A stretch of 64,000 nt of DNA from Nemertoderma westbladi (taxonomy: Eukaryota; Animalia; Xenacoelomorpha), in assembly GCA_032718475.1 (NCBI GenBank), contig JAUCBJ010007613.1:84670-148669 (forward strand), read 5' to 3'. Below, piece by piece: positions 37,901 through 48,380 of the stretch. The position numbers and the translations under genes were made by a program. Positions within the stretch are counted from its first letter, which is position 1, and each line of letters starts with the position of its first letter. The notes beneath the pieces were generated by a model that saw only the letters and a program-made list of their open reading frames with translations, did no database searches and had not been told where the DNA came from.

Positions 37901-38457
37901 GCACTATGTAAATGGCTACTAACGTGTTCTTGAATATGTGGAAAATTTTCATTTAAAGTTAATTCAGCATCGAGTCTTGTTTCTGCGAGGTCATTGTTAT
38001 AAGTAAACAGTCGTCCGTGTGCGCTTCCGTTGGAGGGGGGTTGAAAGGGATTGTTTGGGGAAATAGAGTTATAATCTCGCGAAGTTGAAGGTTCGTTATT
38101 GGAGCCGCCGCCGCCGACTTGTTCTGGAGTAGAGTTGATGGGGGATGAGTGGGAGGTAGCCAGAGTTTTGCGTTTCTGCGAAAAAAGACGAGTGTAGCAT
38201 TCATGCTTAGTAAAGGATGATAGGGTGAGCGAATCCCCGCAGCGGCAATTGGCTGGCTCATTTACGTAAGTAAATCCTGTCCCCCCCTGAGGACACGATA
38301 CCAGATGGCCAACCAGTGTCTTCTTTTCCAAGGACCAAGTCGGGCAACAGTCGCATCTATAATGCGCGAAATGAATTTTAATGTGGCGGGATAGAGTATC
38401 GCTCCGCATCTCTTTGTCGCAGATGGGGCAGCTAACTTTATTGGTAGACATAGGCAT
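34917..38457 (-). pseudogene. polB: Polinton/Maverick-type protein-primed family B DNA polymerase with N-terminal C2H2 finger, broken into three ORFs
   Basis: ExoI YADIE, EndoVII-like CYVC…KVRDHDHYSGEY, ExoIII YLVLDVTLLAD, and polymerase motifs DANNLYG, YKLMNNALYGK, GDTDS, KPKVY and AKGV. Frameshift at ~37415 and a break at ~36612. Confidence 0.92.
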
Positions 38458-38978
38458 CTTGAATCTAGAAAAATACGTTGATTATTAGTAAAAAATAAAA
38501 AATACTGTATACTTGCTAAAAATAAAGTAAAACAGTAGGTATTAATTGGTTACTAGGCAACAATACTGTGTTTGTATAGTTATGCCTATTGCTGTATTGT
38601 AGCAATCAGTCAGTGAAACATAAAGCAGACAGTCGGCAGTGTCTAGTGTGGTAGTGTTAGTGTACCAGCGGTCAGATAGTGGCGATAACCAAGACATAAT
38701 AGCGATGGCAGTTATTATTCGTGGAAAGAGGGTCTATAAACATCAGTCAGTCAGTGCAGTAGTGCTAGTGATATAGTCTGCTAGAGGTCAGACGTACCGG
38801 TAGCATTAACCAATACAAATCAACAATAGGCCTAGCTAATCGCTGTATGAGAACTCAGTTAGTCAGTAGGATATATAGTGAAAACTGCAGTATTCATTGT
38901 TGTTCAGTAGGGTCTATATCGCTACTACGATGGCATTAGGCTAACTCGAATGATCCGGTACTGGTAGTCAGGTAGACA

Positions 38979-39770
38979 AGCAGATAGACAGATGTAGGCC
39001 TATTGATCGAATGCTTCGATAACGGTTTAGGCTATCGCTACCACCACAGTCTGACAGTAATTAATAATGAGCCTACTGCAATACTGTTGTACCGGTAGAT
39101 AATAAATGTAAATTGTTTGCTACCGGCATCGATAGTATAGCTAGATGGTGGAAGGCAGATTTTACTTACGGTGTTAGTAAATATTCACGGAAAGAAGAAG
39201 TTTGGAAGTTCGTGAAGAAGTTGGTTGACGTGGACGACGAGAGTGTTTATTTACCGATATAACGGAATGGTATCGGAAATTAGAAATATTGGAATATTAC
39301 GCGATGGATACGCGGAAAGTTTGTTGTCGACGATGAGCGTTAACGCGGCGAAATGACACTAGAAAAATAAGTTGATTATTTGTAAAAGGATAAAGAATAC
39401 TGTAAGCAGATAGACAGATGTAGGCCTATTTATTGAATGCCTCGATCACGGTTTAGGCTATCGGTACCACCGCAGTCTGACAGTAATTAGTAATGAGCCT
39501 ACTGCAATACTGTTGTACCGGTAGATAATAAATGTAAATTGTTTGCTAGCGGCATCGAAAGTATAGCTAGATGGTGGAAGGCAGATTTTACTTACGGTGG
39601 CAGTTAATATTCACGGAAAGAAGAAGTTTGGAAGTTCGTGAAGAAGTTGGTTGACGTGGACGACGAGAGAATTTATTAACCGATAGAACAGAATGGTATT
39701 GGAAAAATATTACGCGGTTATATGACGGATACGTGGAAAGTTTGTTCTCGACGATAACGCGGCGAAATGA
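38979..39770. repeat. ~425-bp tandem duplication upstream of polB, containing a minus-strand GTAAGT donor
   Basis: aagcagatagacagatgtaggcctatt…taacgcggcgaaatgaca occurs twice (~38979-39358 and ~39403-39772). Confidence 0.9.
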
Positions 39771-39884
39771 CAATAATACAACTGGATTGTTGACTGATGA
39801 TAATAAATAAATATTCTTAATAAATAATAATAAACTCGAAAACAAAATAATGGTAAATGATGTTAATCGTAACTTGCAAATGAA

Positions 39885-39990
39885 ATAATGACGTAATATA
39901 TTGGTGGGGATGTATTAAATAGCAATTCGGTTATTAAGGGGCCGTTATCTCTTAAATGAGCCAATCAGGGCGCAGCACCAATCGGATGGC
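39885..39990. promoter_or_regulatory. Possible promoter (tgacgtaa CRE-like site, two CCAAT boxes) upstream of polB
   Basis: tgacgtaa at ~39889; gccaatcagggcgcagcaccaatcgg at 39960-39986. Motif presence only. Confidence 0.3.
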
Positions 39991-40730
39991 TCGCTAATTG
40001 TGTGTTCATGCATAAGCGGTTACCAGGGCAACTTCTCATGATGATGAATCTATATTAGAAAACTCCTGTAGGCATCTTGACTAATTATGTTGAGTTGACT
40101 GTATAACAGAAGCAGGTCTGGTGCAAAGGAATGGGATTAGTAAAGAGGAATGCGTGTTTAGAGGCGCTTCATTGTTATGATACGGGCTGCCTGGATATAG
40201 TAAAGGACTCAAGTGATGCCGGCTATAGTGAGAACAAAGGAGGGCCGCTGGAACATTAGCCTTGGGCGATATTCGGATTTGGTGAAGTCAAGGTCGCGTT
40301 GGGATTATTAGTGAGTCATCAAAGGGGCTGCTAACAGACGGGATCGCTCATTTATATTTGCCTTGGGTGTATATGCATTCAATGCGTGTCGTATCTACTT
40401 AATGAATAATGAGGGCAGAGGAGGGGCCCCCGCCGATGAACGTAGTTGATAGTTGCCGGGAATGTGGTGAACGGGGGATGCAATAGCTAATTATAAAGTT
40501 AAATATAGACATTATGTCATAGTGATCTCATTGGTAATATAAAAACTAATTAATCTAAAAATATAAATCAATGTATAAAGTAAAAGTAATACAATTAATT
40601 AATTTAAAATAAAGTACAAATGAATAAATAAAGTAAAATAGAATACAAATAATTAATTAAAATTAAATATAAATAAATAGGTATTAATGAATAAAAGAGC
40701 TGCGGTGTCACTTATGACACCCTCTTGAGC

Positions 40731-41022
40731 CGGCTCTGCGACAGTTAGACAACACTGATGACCCATTGTGTGTCAGGGCGCTAATCAGTCTGATTAATTA
40801 GGATAATCAATTAAACCCTAATTAGGAGTCATATGACACCTGTCAGGGTTTAATTGTACTAATTAATTGATGACACCTGTCAATTATGGTCTAATTAGCC
40901 TAATTGGGAGGTGTCACCCAGACAGTCTGGCGTCAATGACACCCTATGACACCCATAGGGTGATAATTGGGGGTCATATGACACCCAATGGGTGTCAGTG
41001 TGGTCTAACTGTCGCAGAGCCG
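40731..41022. mobile_element. ~290-bp MITE with 28-bp TIRs and tgacacc subrepeats
   Basis: cggctctgcgacagttagacaacactga vs tcagtgtggtctaactgtcgcagagccg (1 mismatch). Confidence 0.8.
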
Positions 41023-41257
41023 CCCAAGACCCTACTACTAGCCTAAAATAGGAGTGAACTGCTGGTTTTATCTCCCTATAAACAGTAATTCAACCAAAGC
41101 TCTGCTATTGTCAGTATAATATAAAACAACACAACTGTACAACACAAGAGCCTTTTCTTAAAGCAAAAAAAACAATAATTTGTAGCATTAAAGCCTTACA
41201 TGTAGCGGCTGAGCCACTTTTCATATCGCCAACAAAAGTAGCACAAGAGCCACTTGA

Positions 41258-42409
41258 TTATACTGTGTGTGAGGTGTTAAAGTAACTGCTTATTACAAAA
41301 TAAATCCGCACAACCTGCAAATTTCCCACATACAACACATCTGTCATGTTTCTTACTACAGTACCCCCAGTACTGCTCCCATTACCTTCAGATATTCCAG
41401 ACACCCTATCTGATGTAACTCTTGATTTTACAACAACCTTGTCCCAGTTCTCTTTATTCCGTATATCCATCACTTCAACTCTACACTGGCTAGAAATCGG
41501 CAAATCCGGAAACGATTCCAATACACTGTCCATCGATATATCTGATCCTGATACAATAAAGTCACTATGAGAAATATTCTGCTTATGACATTTCTTGCAA
41601 CGCAAAAACCTCTTACCCATAAAATGCTAACAATCCTTATAGTGGGGTTCTTCACACACATACTACGCCCAGACCCTGACACACCACTAGCTTTGGACAC
41701 TGACCTGCTACCCACTTCTAACACTGAGCTCTCCATATCCTCTTCCCTTTGGTTCCCCCCATCCTCAGATCTCAAGCTCTCACACGGCTGAACTTGCTCC
41801 TGGTGATCCTTAGTTACTACACCCTTCCTAACATTCCTTTTACCACTCACAGTTTGCCAACCAAAATTTCCATCACCCTGAAACCAGTTCAGGGTGATGG
41901 AAATTTTGGTTGGCAAACTGGCCTTCCTGGGCCTTACTATCTTCCTAACTTTTGTCTGCCCTCCGGATTTTGACTTCATCAAATGGACACAAAAACCACA
42001 ATACTCCCCACCACCCAACATCGACTTGCTATACCTTCCACAATTTTTCCCAAGCTCTCCATCAGATCTACTCCCTGCAACATTAATCCTTATCAAGTTC
42101 GTTGACCTGTACTTTCTCTTTCTCCTAACCACAGGAATCCAATCTGCTCCCTCACAAACAGGCATCTCCTCTTTCTCAACCTCACCATAACTCTTTACAG
42201 TCTGACACCAGAATATCATTCAGATCAGTAGGTTTAACAGTAGGGGTAACTGGGGATGTAACAGTTGGTGTGACAGTCGAAATGTGAGTATGAGTAGCGA
42301 CAGGGGTAGGGATAGCAGTAGAACAGATGGGACAAGAGTCTAGCTTCTTACTGTAAAGCTTAGTGCATTTAGAACAGCAAGACCAACCTGAAGATTTCCT
42401 AGCAGGCAT
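41258..42409 (-). pseudogene. Frameshifted intronless ORF with an N-terminal RanBP2-like C4 zinc finger; function unknown, possibly retroelement ORF1
   Basis: MPARKSSGWSCCSKCTKLYSKKLDSCPIC, then a T/P-rich linker. Continues through overlapping ORFs 42219-41470 and 41620-41258 (RCKKCHK). Confidence 0.45.
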
Positions 42410-42699
42410 TGTTATTACCAATAATATGAGATATACAACTGACAAACGAAAAAAAGTAGAATAAAATGAAAAAATAATGACAATAAAATAGTAACTATTA
42501 TATAAATTATTATTGTAGTTTATACTTATCCATGCAACAATGTATTAATTTGAAAAGCTGAAAAAGAATTAAATATGTAAACTTAGAGATAAACTAGAAA
42601 TCAAATATATAACCAAAGGATGCTTATGTATTTCTATTCCACTGTGTAGTGTGTAACTTAATGAAACATAAACATAATAAACATAATAACATACACACA

Positions 42700-42955
42700 A
42701 GGATTTTTACACATACACACGTGGTATAGAAAGTTACACACAAGATTGAGTATGTTACACACGTAGTACAGTAAATTACGTAAATGGTACAGTGAGTTAC
42801 AAACATGATTGAGTAAGTTACACATGTGGTACAATAGGTTACACATGATTGAGAACGTTACACACGTGGTACAATAAGTTATGCATGCACATGGTTCAGA
42901 AGTTATACATGTGGTTCGGTATGTTACATACGGTTTTTGGTATGGTACAATAAGT
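42700..42955. repeat. Degenerate ~20-bp repeat (gttacacacgtggtacaataa)
   Basis: Recurring gttacaca motif. Confidence 0.6.
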
Positions 42956-43655
42956 TACTACTACTACTACGACTAGGATCGGCACGCTGCATTGCAGCTG
43001 CATTTTTAAGAATGCTGTGCCGGCTTATCGACAAAATTGCACCGCCACAACTCCCTATCACCCATGACATTTGCTAGATCATCCGCATCTTCAAGGCCAG
43101 TGTCCTTTAAAATGCGTCTCAAGAAAGTCATGGGCTGTCCACCATGCTTATTCAGTCCATGAGGCTGCCAAAGTACAAGATTATGCACTGGCTGGTCCTC
43201 ACGGCGAAAGCAATGTCCTGCAAAGCGGAGGCGATTTTGTTCTAGTGTCAAGCTTGGGGGAACCAATGAGACACCTCCAATGTTATATAGTGTCTGGTTG
43301 GAGATGTGTGCATTGTACTTGACACAATGAACCCGGCGTAGCATTCTTGTGAATGTGCCATCCAGAGATTTGGTGTCCTCAGCAGTTAGAGCCCAGCATG
43401 GACTCCCATAGAGGAGTACTGGAACTACTGCTGCTCTAAATAATCGGACCTTAAGTTTCCAGCCATTGGTAGATCACCATCTGCCTGGCCAGGCCATATA
43501 ACCCTGCAGCCAAGTATATGGGTCCTTAATCCAGGACCAAGGGCGTCCTTATCCCAGAACGAAGGGGGTCCTAGTTACAGGACCAGATTTGCCCTAGTAA
43601 GAGGGTCTATGCAGCTACAGGTGGCACCTCCTTTATGCTGCATGGAGGTGGCAAG
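42956..43655 (-). mobile_element. Second RTE copy: 3' end (42956-43460) fused to a hairpin-rich 5' segment (43459-~43655)
   Basis: Near-identical to 29943-30441 including the (TAG)n tail. 43459-43607 is the reverse complement of 48106-48254. Confidence 0.85.
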
Positions 43656-43789
43656 TTTTCTTGATCAATGACCTAGAATACCTGACCTGACCAAGTTAGT
43701 TGTTAGTATTACTAAAACTATAAACTCTTATAAACTAGAAATCAAATATATAACCCAAGGATGCTTATGTATTTCTATTCCACTGTGTA

Positions 43790-44180
43790 GTGTGTAATGA
43801 GTGTAGTGAGTTTCAAAAGCGTCGGAAATGTCAGCTTCTGGATCGTTTTTTGCCGGGATTCACGGTAGAAGTCGATAAGTATCTTATACCAGGTTTTTTT
43901 GGCAGGTCCGTAACATGCAACATCTAGAGGCTGCAAAGCGCTCGATGTGTGTGGAGACAGGCACACAATGTGAACTCCTTCTTCCCTAGCCTTAGCTGCG
44001 GTTTGATAAGTGAGATGCGACCCATGGCCGTCAAAGAAGATAACAATTGGCTTTGGTCTTCTTCTCGGATATTTCAGAAGTATATCTTCGAACCACGCTT
44101 CAAAAATGAAGTCTCCCATCCAGCCACTCCCACTCACGCTATAGCTTGTATTCTCTGGCCCCCCAATAACCCAACAGTTT
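43790..44180 (-). mobile_element. pogo/Tigger DDE transposase fragment
   Basis: SGWM…F..WF…IFFDGHGSH…HTSSALQPLDV..YGP.K..W, typical of the DDE_1 family. Confidence 0.9.
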
Positions 44181-46798
44181 AGACAATTTTAGTTTACTTA
44201 CTGCTGACTGACATAGTTCTTTGTAATAGTCTTGGCTAGGATTTTTCCCCCGGGCTCCTTCCAGCCAGCTTGCTGGCTTTCTAGTTGTAATAAACCAATA
44301 CACTATAGTACACTATAGACTGTAAGAAACTCAGGGATACTTTCTGTAAAAATCTCAGGATACATTACACTGACTGACTGACTGACATACTGACTGATAA
44401 TTATTTAGGTTAAGGCACTTCCTGCCTGGCGATTTTGATAAAATTTTGCAAGTACATTGCTTTGGTGGTTCATAATCACGTTACAAAATTTCAGATCGAT
44501 TCTATGTGTGGTATTCGATATATTTAGTTTTTTGACATTGTTTTGTCGCGAAATTAAAAGCAATGGTAAAATAACAGCTGGTGTTCATGATGAAATATGG
44601 CTTAATATGTTATACACAGTCATAGAAAAACGTGTTGGTTGCCAAGTTTTACTAGTAGGCTATAAGGAAAGGCAATGTTTACTCACACATAAGCTGTTGG
44701 TTTCTAATGTATTACCCCATAAGCTGATTGCTCTCCCAGTGCTTCCTAAGGGTATATCTACAATAAGGTTACTCACTCTGCTATGTTAGGGGGTGGATCA
44801 GGAGAATGAATTTTAGTTACACAAAGCAGTGTGTTGTGTCCTATTGCAGTCGATACTCACTGTGGATTGCAAAATGTTTTATAGTTGACCTACACTATAA
44901 TACAGTAGTTGCATGTATTTAAGGAGCCCGCTCTGGCCTACCGCCTAAGGAGTACCTATATTACATATTCACATAGAATTCACTGGGAAGAGATATTCCG
45001 CTTGACGGCGGGGTAATACCTATAGAAGGAAACTAAATTTGTTATTTGGCTCTATTCGTTGTTATTTTTCTGGTTGTGCATCATGGGCATTTTTTATAAA
45101 TATTCGGTAATCGCATCTTATATCTTGTAAACGTTCTTGATAATGAAATTATTTGCTTCATATTATATTTTTGTTAGTGGTAGCTAAGTTGCATTTTTTA
45201 TTATGTGGGGCGAGCCACAAAGTCAGCTAGCCTCACGCCTTGCAGTTTAGACAATTTTAATTTACTTACTGCTGACTGACATAGTTCTTTGTAATAGTCT
45301 TGGCTAGGATTTTTCCCCCGGGCTCCTTCCAGCCAGCTTGCTGGCTTTCTAGTTAGTACAACATAATATATAACGTTGTGTAACAACGTGTTAATTAGAA
45401 CTGTTGCCTTGTTAGTCATCATCATAAGAGAGTACTGTTGTTAAACCACTATGTTGGACAACTTTTTTAATTAATATTCAAACAATTTGAAACTGAAGTG
45501 GCTTTGACACAGCTGATTATCAATATCAGCTGTTAAATGAGTATAAAAGAAGGAACAATATTTTAAATAGTTCCCTGTTCTTTTATTATTTTGTTGGCAT
45601 TTATATATTTTTTGATTTGAATTCTGTATTTATTATTTTGCTTTGATTATTACGTTTACGACACTGTTCTCCGCTTACCACGATTACTTGTTCAGCCCAC
45701 CCTTAATTTCACCTTATTTTCTTCACACGACCGCGATTACCTTGATATCCACCCACGTTTTGACCCGGCTTTTCACTTGACTACGACTACCTCGATATCC
45801 TCCCACGTTTTGACCCGGCTTTTCAACTGACCACGACTTTGGCTTACCGTATTTCTTAGAACAAGATCTCCTCATCTAATAATTCCCCTTTTTATTAATT
45901 GCCATTCAAATTACGACTTAAACGCTTTCCTCAAATAAACGCCACGGCTTTAATAATAATATAGGAAATGTCTGATCCTAAGTGCATAACCTCTAAACAT
46001 GGCTTGCTTAAACATGTTAATGATTTCTGTTATGGGCAGCGTTAAATAGTTTGTCAAGGATTTGTTAAGGGAACCTTAAGGTTCTATTATTTATGGTAGC
46101 AGTAGTACCAGTATTCTTCAAGGGGAAACCAACCATCATAGGCTCTAATTGCAGAGGATATCAAATTTTTTTGGTGTCACTTTCACACAATTGCGCGTCG
46201 GGTTTATTGTGTCATTACAATTAACACATCTCCAATTACATTCTATACAACATTGGAGGTGTTTTATTAATCTCCACCAGCTTTACAATTTACCAGATCT
46301 GCCTCCGCATTCTAGGGCATTGATTTCGCCGTGAGGATCAGCTAGAGCACAATCTAGCTCAATTGAATCACATAATTAGCAACATAAACACTCTCCCAGA
46401 ATAAAGACCCCTCTTAAATAAACACATCCCCAATTGGCAATTTTAAAGTTAAACACCCATGCTCTTATTCGAAGAAATACGGTAGACTAATTTTCCAAAC
46501 ATCTTAGGCAACCTTATAAAGCGAAGGTAAGTATAAACTTTATATTAACTTGTTAATTCAATATACATATTCATATACATATTCTGAGTGTAACGTAATT
46601 CTGTGTTCTTTTTATACTAAATATTTTTTGTTATTTGCATACATTTTATCATTCAGGCAGTATCTTCCGGTGAGACACTTTTGTCTTTTGCAGTTCTCTT
46701 TCATTAATTAAGTATTAAGTTATTCATTATTTTTTTTTATGTGGGATGTCTCATTAAAAACATTTTTTTGTCTAAATTATTCAGAAATACGAAAATAA

Positions 46799-48104
46799 TT
46801 ATTTTTACCCTGAAATTTAAGATCTTTTAATACTGTTTTATTATTGTATGAAAATTTTTGCATTTGTATTAAACTGAGGAAGTACTTACTTTAGTATCAG
46901 TGCAAGTAACATTTAAAGGGAGGTAGGACAATTGTCCGGGACCGAATTGTCCGGGACCGAATTGTCCTAGGACCGAATTATCTGGGACGGAATTGTCCGG
47001 GACCGAATTATCCGGTTTCTGATAGCAACTTTTTAGTGAATGTTATAGTTCATTGTAGGTTTTCGCATTACAGTACATAGACATGTGTTTGAAATAATAG
47101 AAAAATTCAAATAGCGTACTAAATGAAAGACATTTTATAAACAACTTCGTAGTGGAAACAATATTATTCATTTAGCTAGTAGGCCCTATTTATGGATGAT
47201 AGACATAGACGTAAGATGTGCAGTGGAAAGAAAAAATGTGATGTAATAAAATAAAATTTAGATATTTATTTTTAAAACATAATTTGAAATTATAAATTAA
47301 TTAAATAACGAAATTAAATTAATTTTAAGATGGAATTGACCGATGTAAAACAAATACGATTGGGAGGGCGGTCTGAAGAAACGTATTGTATCGCGAACAT
47401 AATACACATCGTCAATGGAATCAAGAAATCTAAGAAGACAACCAAGCCGAAACGACAAAAGCCGAACTACCATACTATGGTATTCTTGTAAGTTATTGTT
47501 TTTATATCTTAATAATACATATTGTAACTTTATTTAGATATGATCTTTAATCATATTGGTCCATTCGAAATCAATCAAAATATGTTAATTAACATAAAGT
47601 ATAATTTAGATTACTACGCAGCGCCATCCCATTCGCCAATCTCGTTAGCGCCGGAATCTCCATGACGTCTGAAGCGACGTCGAGATTTCTCCGTAATTGA
47701 TCTTCCACCCCCAACCCACGCCTAGTACTGTGGTTAATTTAACAACCACCCCACTCCATTCGCGCTTAGTACTGTGGTTCATTTAATATTCGCCCACTCC
47801 ACCCCCACTTAGTACTGTGGTTAATTTAACACCTGCCCCACCCTACCCGCGCTTAGAACTGTGGTTAATGTAACACCTTCTCCACCCTACCCCCGCTTAG
47901 TACTGTGGATAATTTAACACCCGCCACACGCCATCCGCGCTTATTCCCATGGTTGATCTTCCACCCCCCACCCGCGCTTAGTACTGTGGTTAATTTAACA
48001 ACCGCCCCAATCCATCCGCGCTTAGTACTGTGGTTAATTAAACACCCGCCCCACTTCACCCCCACTTAGTACTGTGGTTAATTTAACAACCGCCCCACTC
48101 CATT
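46799..48104. repeat. 1.24-kb direct repeat, copy 1 (contains a 15-bp aattgtccgggaccg array and a 44-bp minisatellite)
   Basis: 46799-48039 is nearly identical to 51008-52246. Confidence 0.95.
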
Positions 48105-48380
48105 CGACCCTCTTACTAGGGCAAATCTGGTCCTGTAACTAGGACCCCCTTCGTTCTGGGATAAGGACGCCCTTGGTCCTGGATTAAGGACCCATATACT
48201 TGGCTGCAGGGGTATATGGCCTGACCAGGCAGATGGTGATCTACCAATGGCTGGCAGCCATTGGAGAGAGAGCAGAGCAGTGTTGGCTGCAGAGAGAGCA
48301 GCCAACAATTATTTGAGTCCCTTTCCTGATGACCTTTCTGGCCCAAACCCTGGGTCACCAGGAAGGATGGAGGATGGAGG

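Noticed and set aside
34917-38457. Complete Polinton/adintovirus
   Set aside because: No integrase, ATPase, protease, capsid or (AGT)n-type TIRs recognised.
47700-48104. CRISPR-like array (conserved cttagtactgtggttaatttaa with variable intervals; also 51905-52246)
   Set aside because: The intervals are all related C-rich sequences, so this is a diverged 44-bp minisatellite. No cas genes, and the context is eukaryotic.
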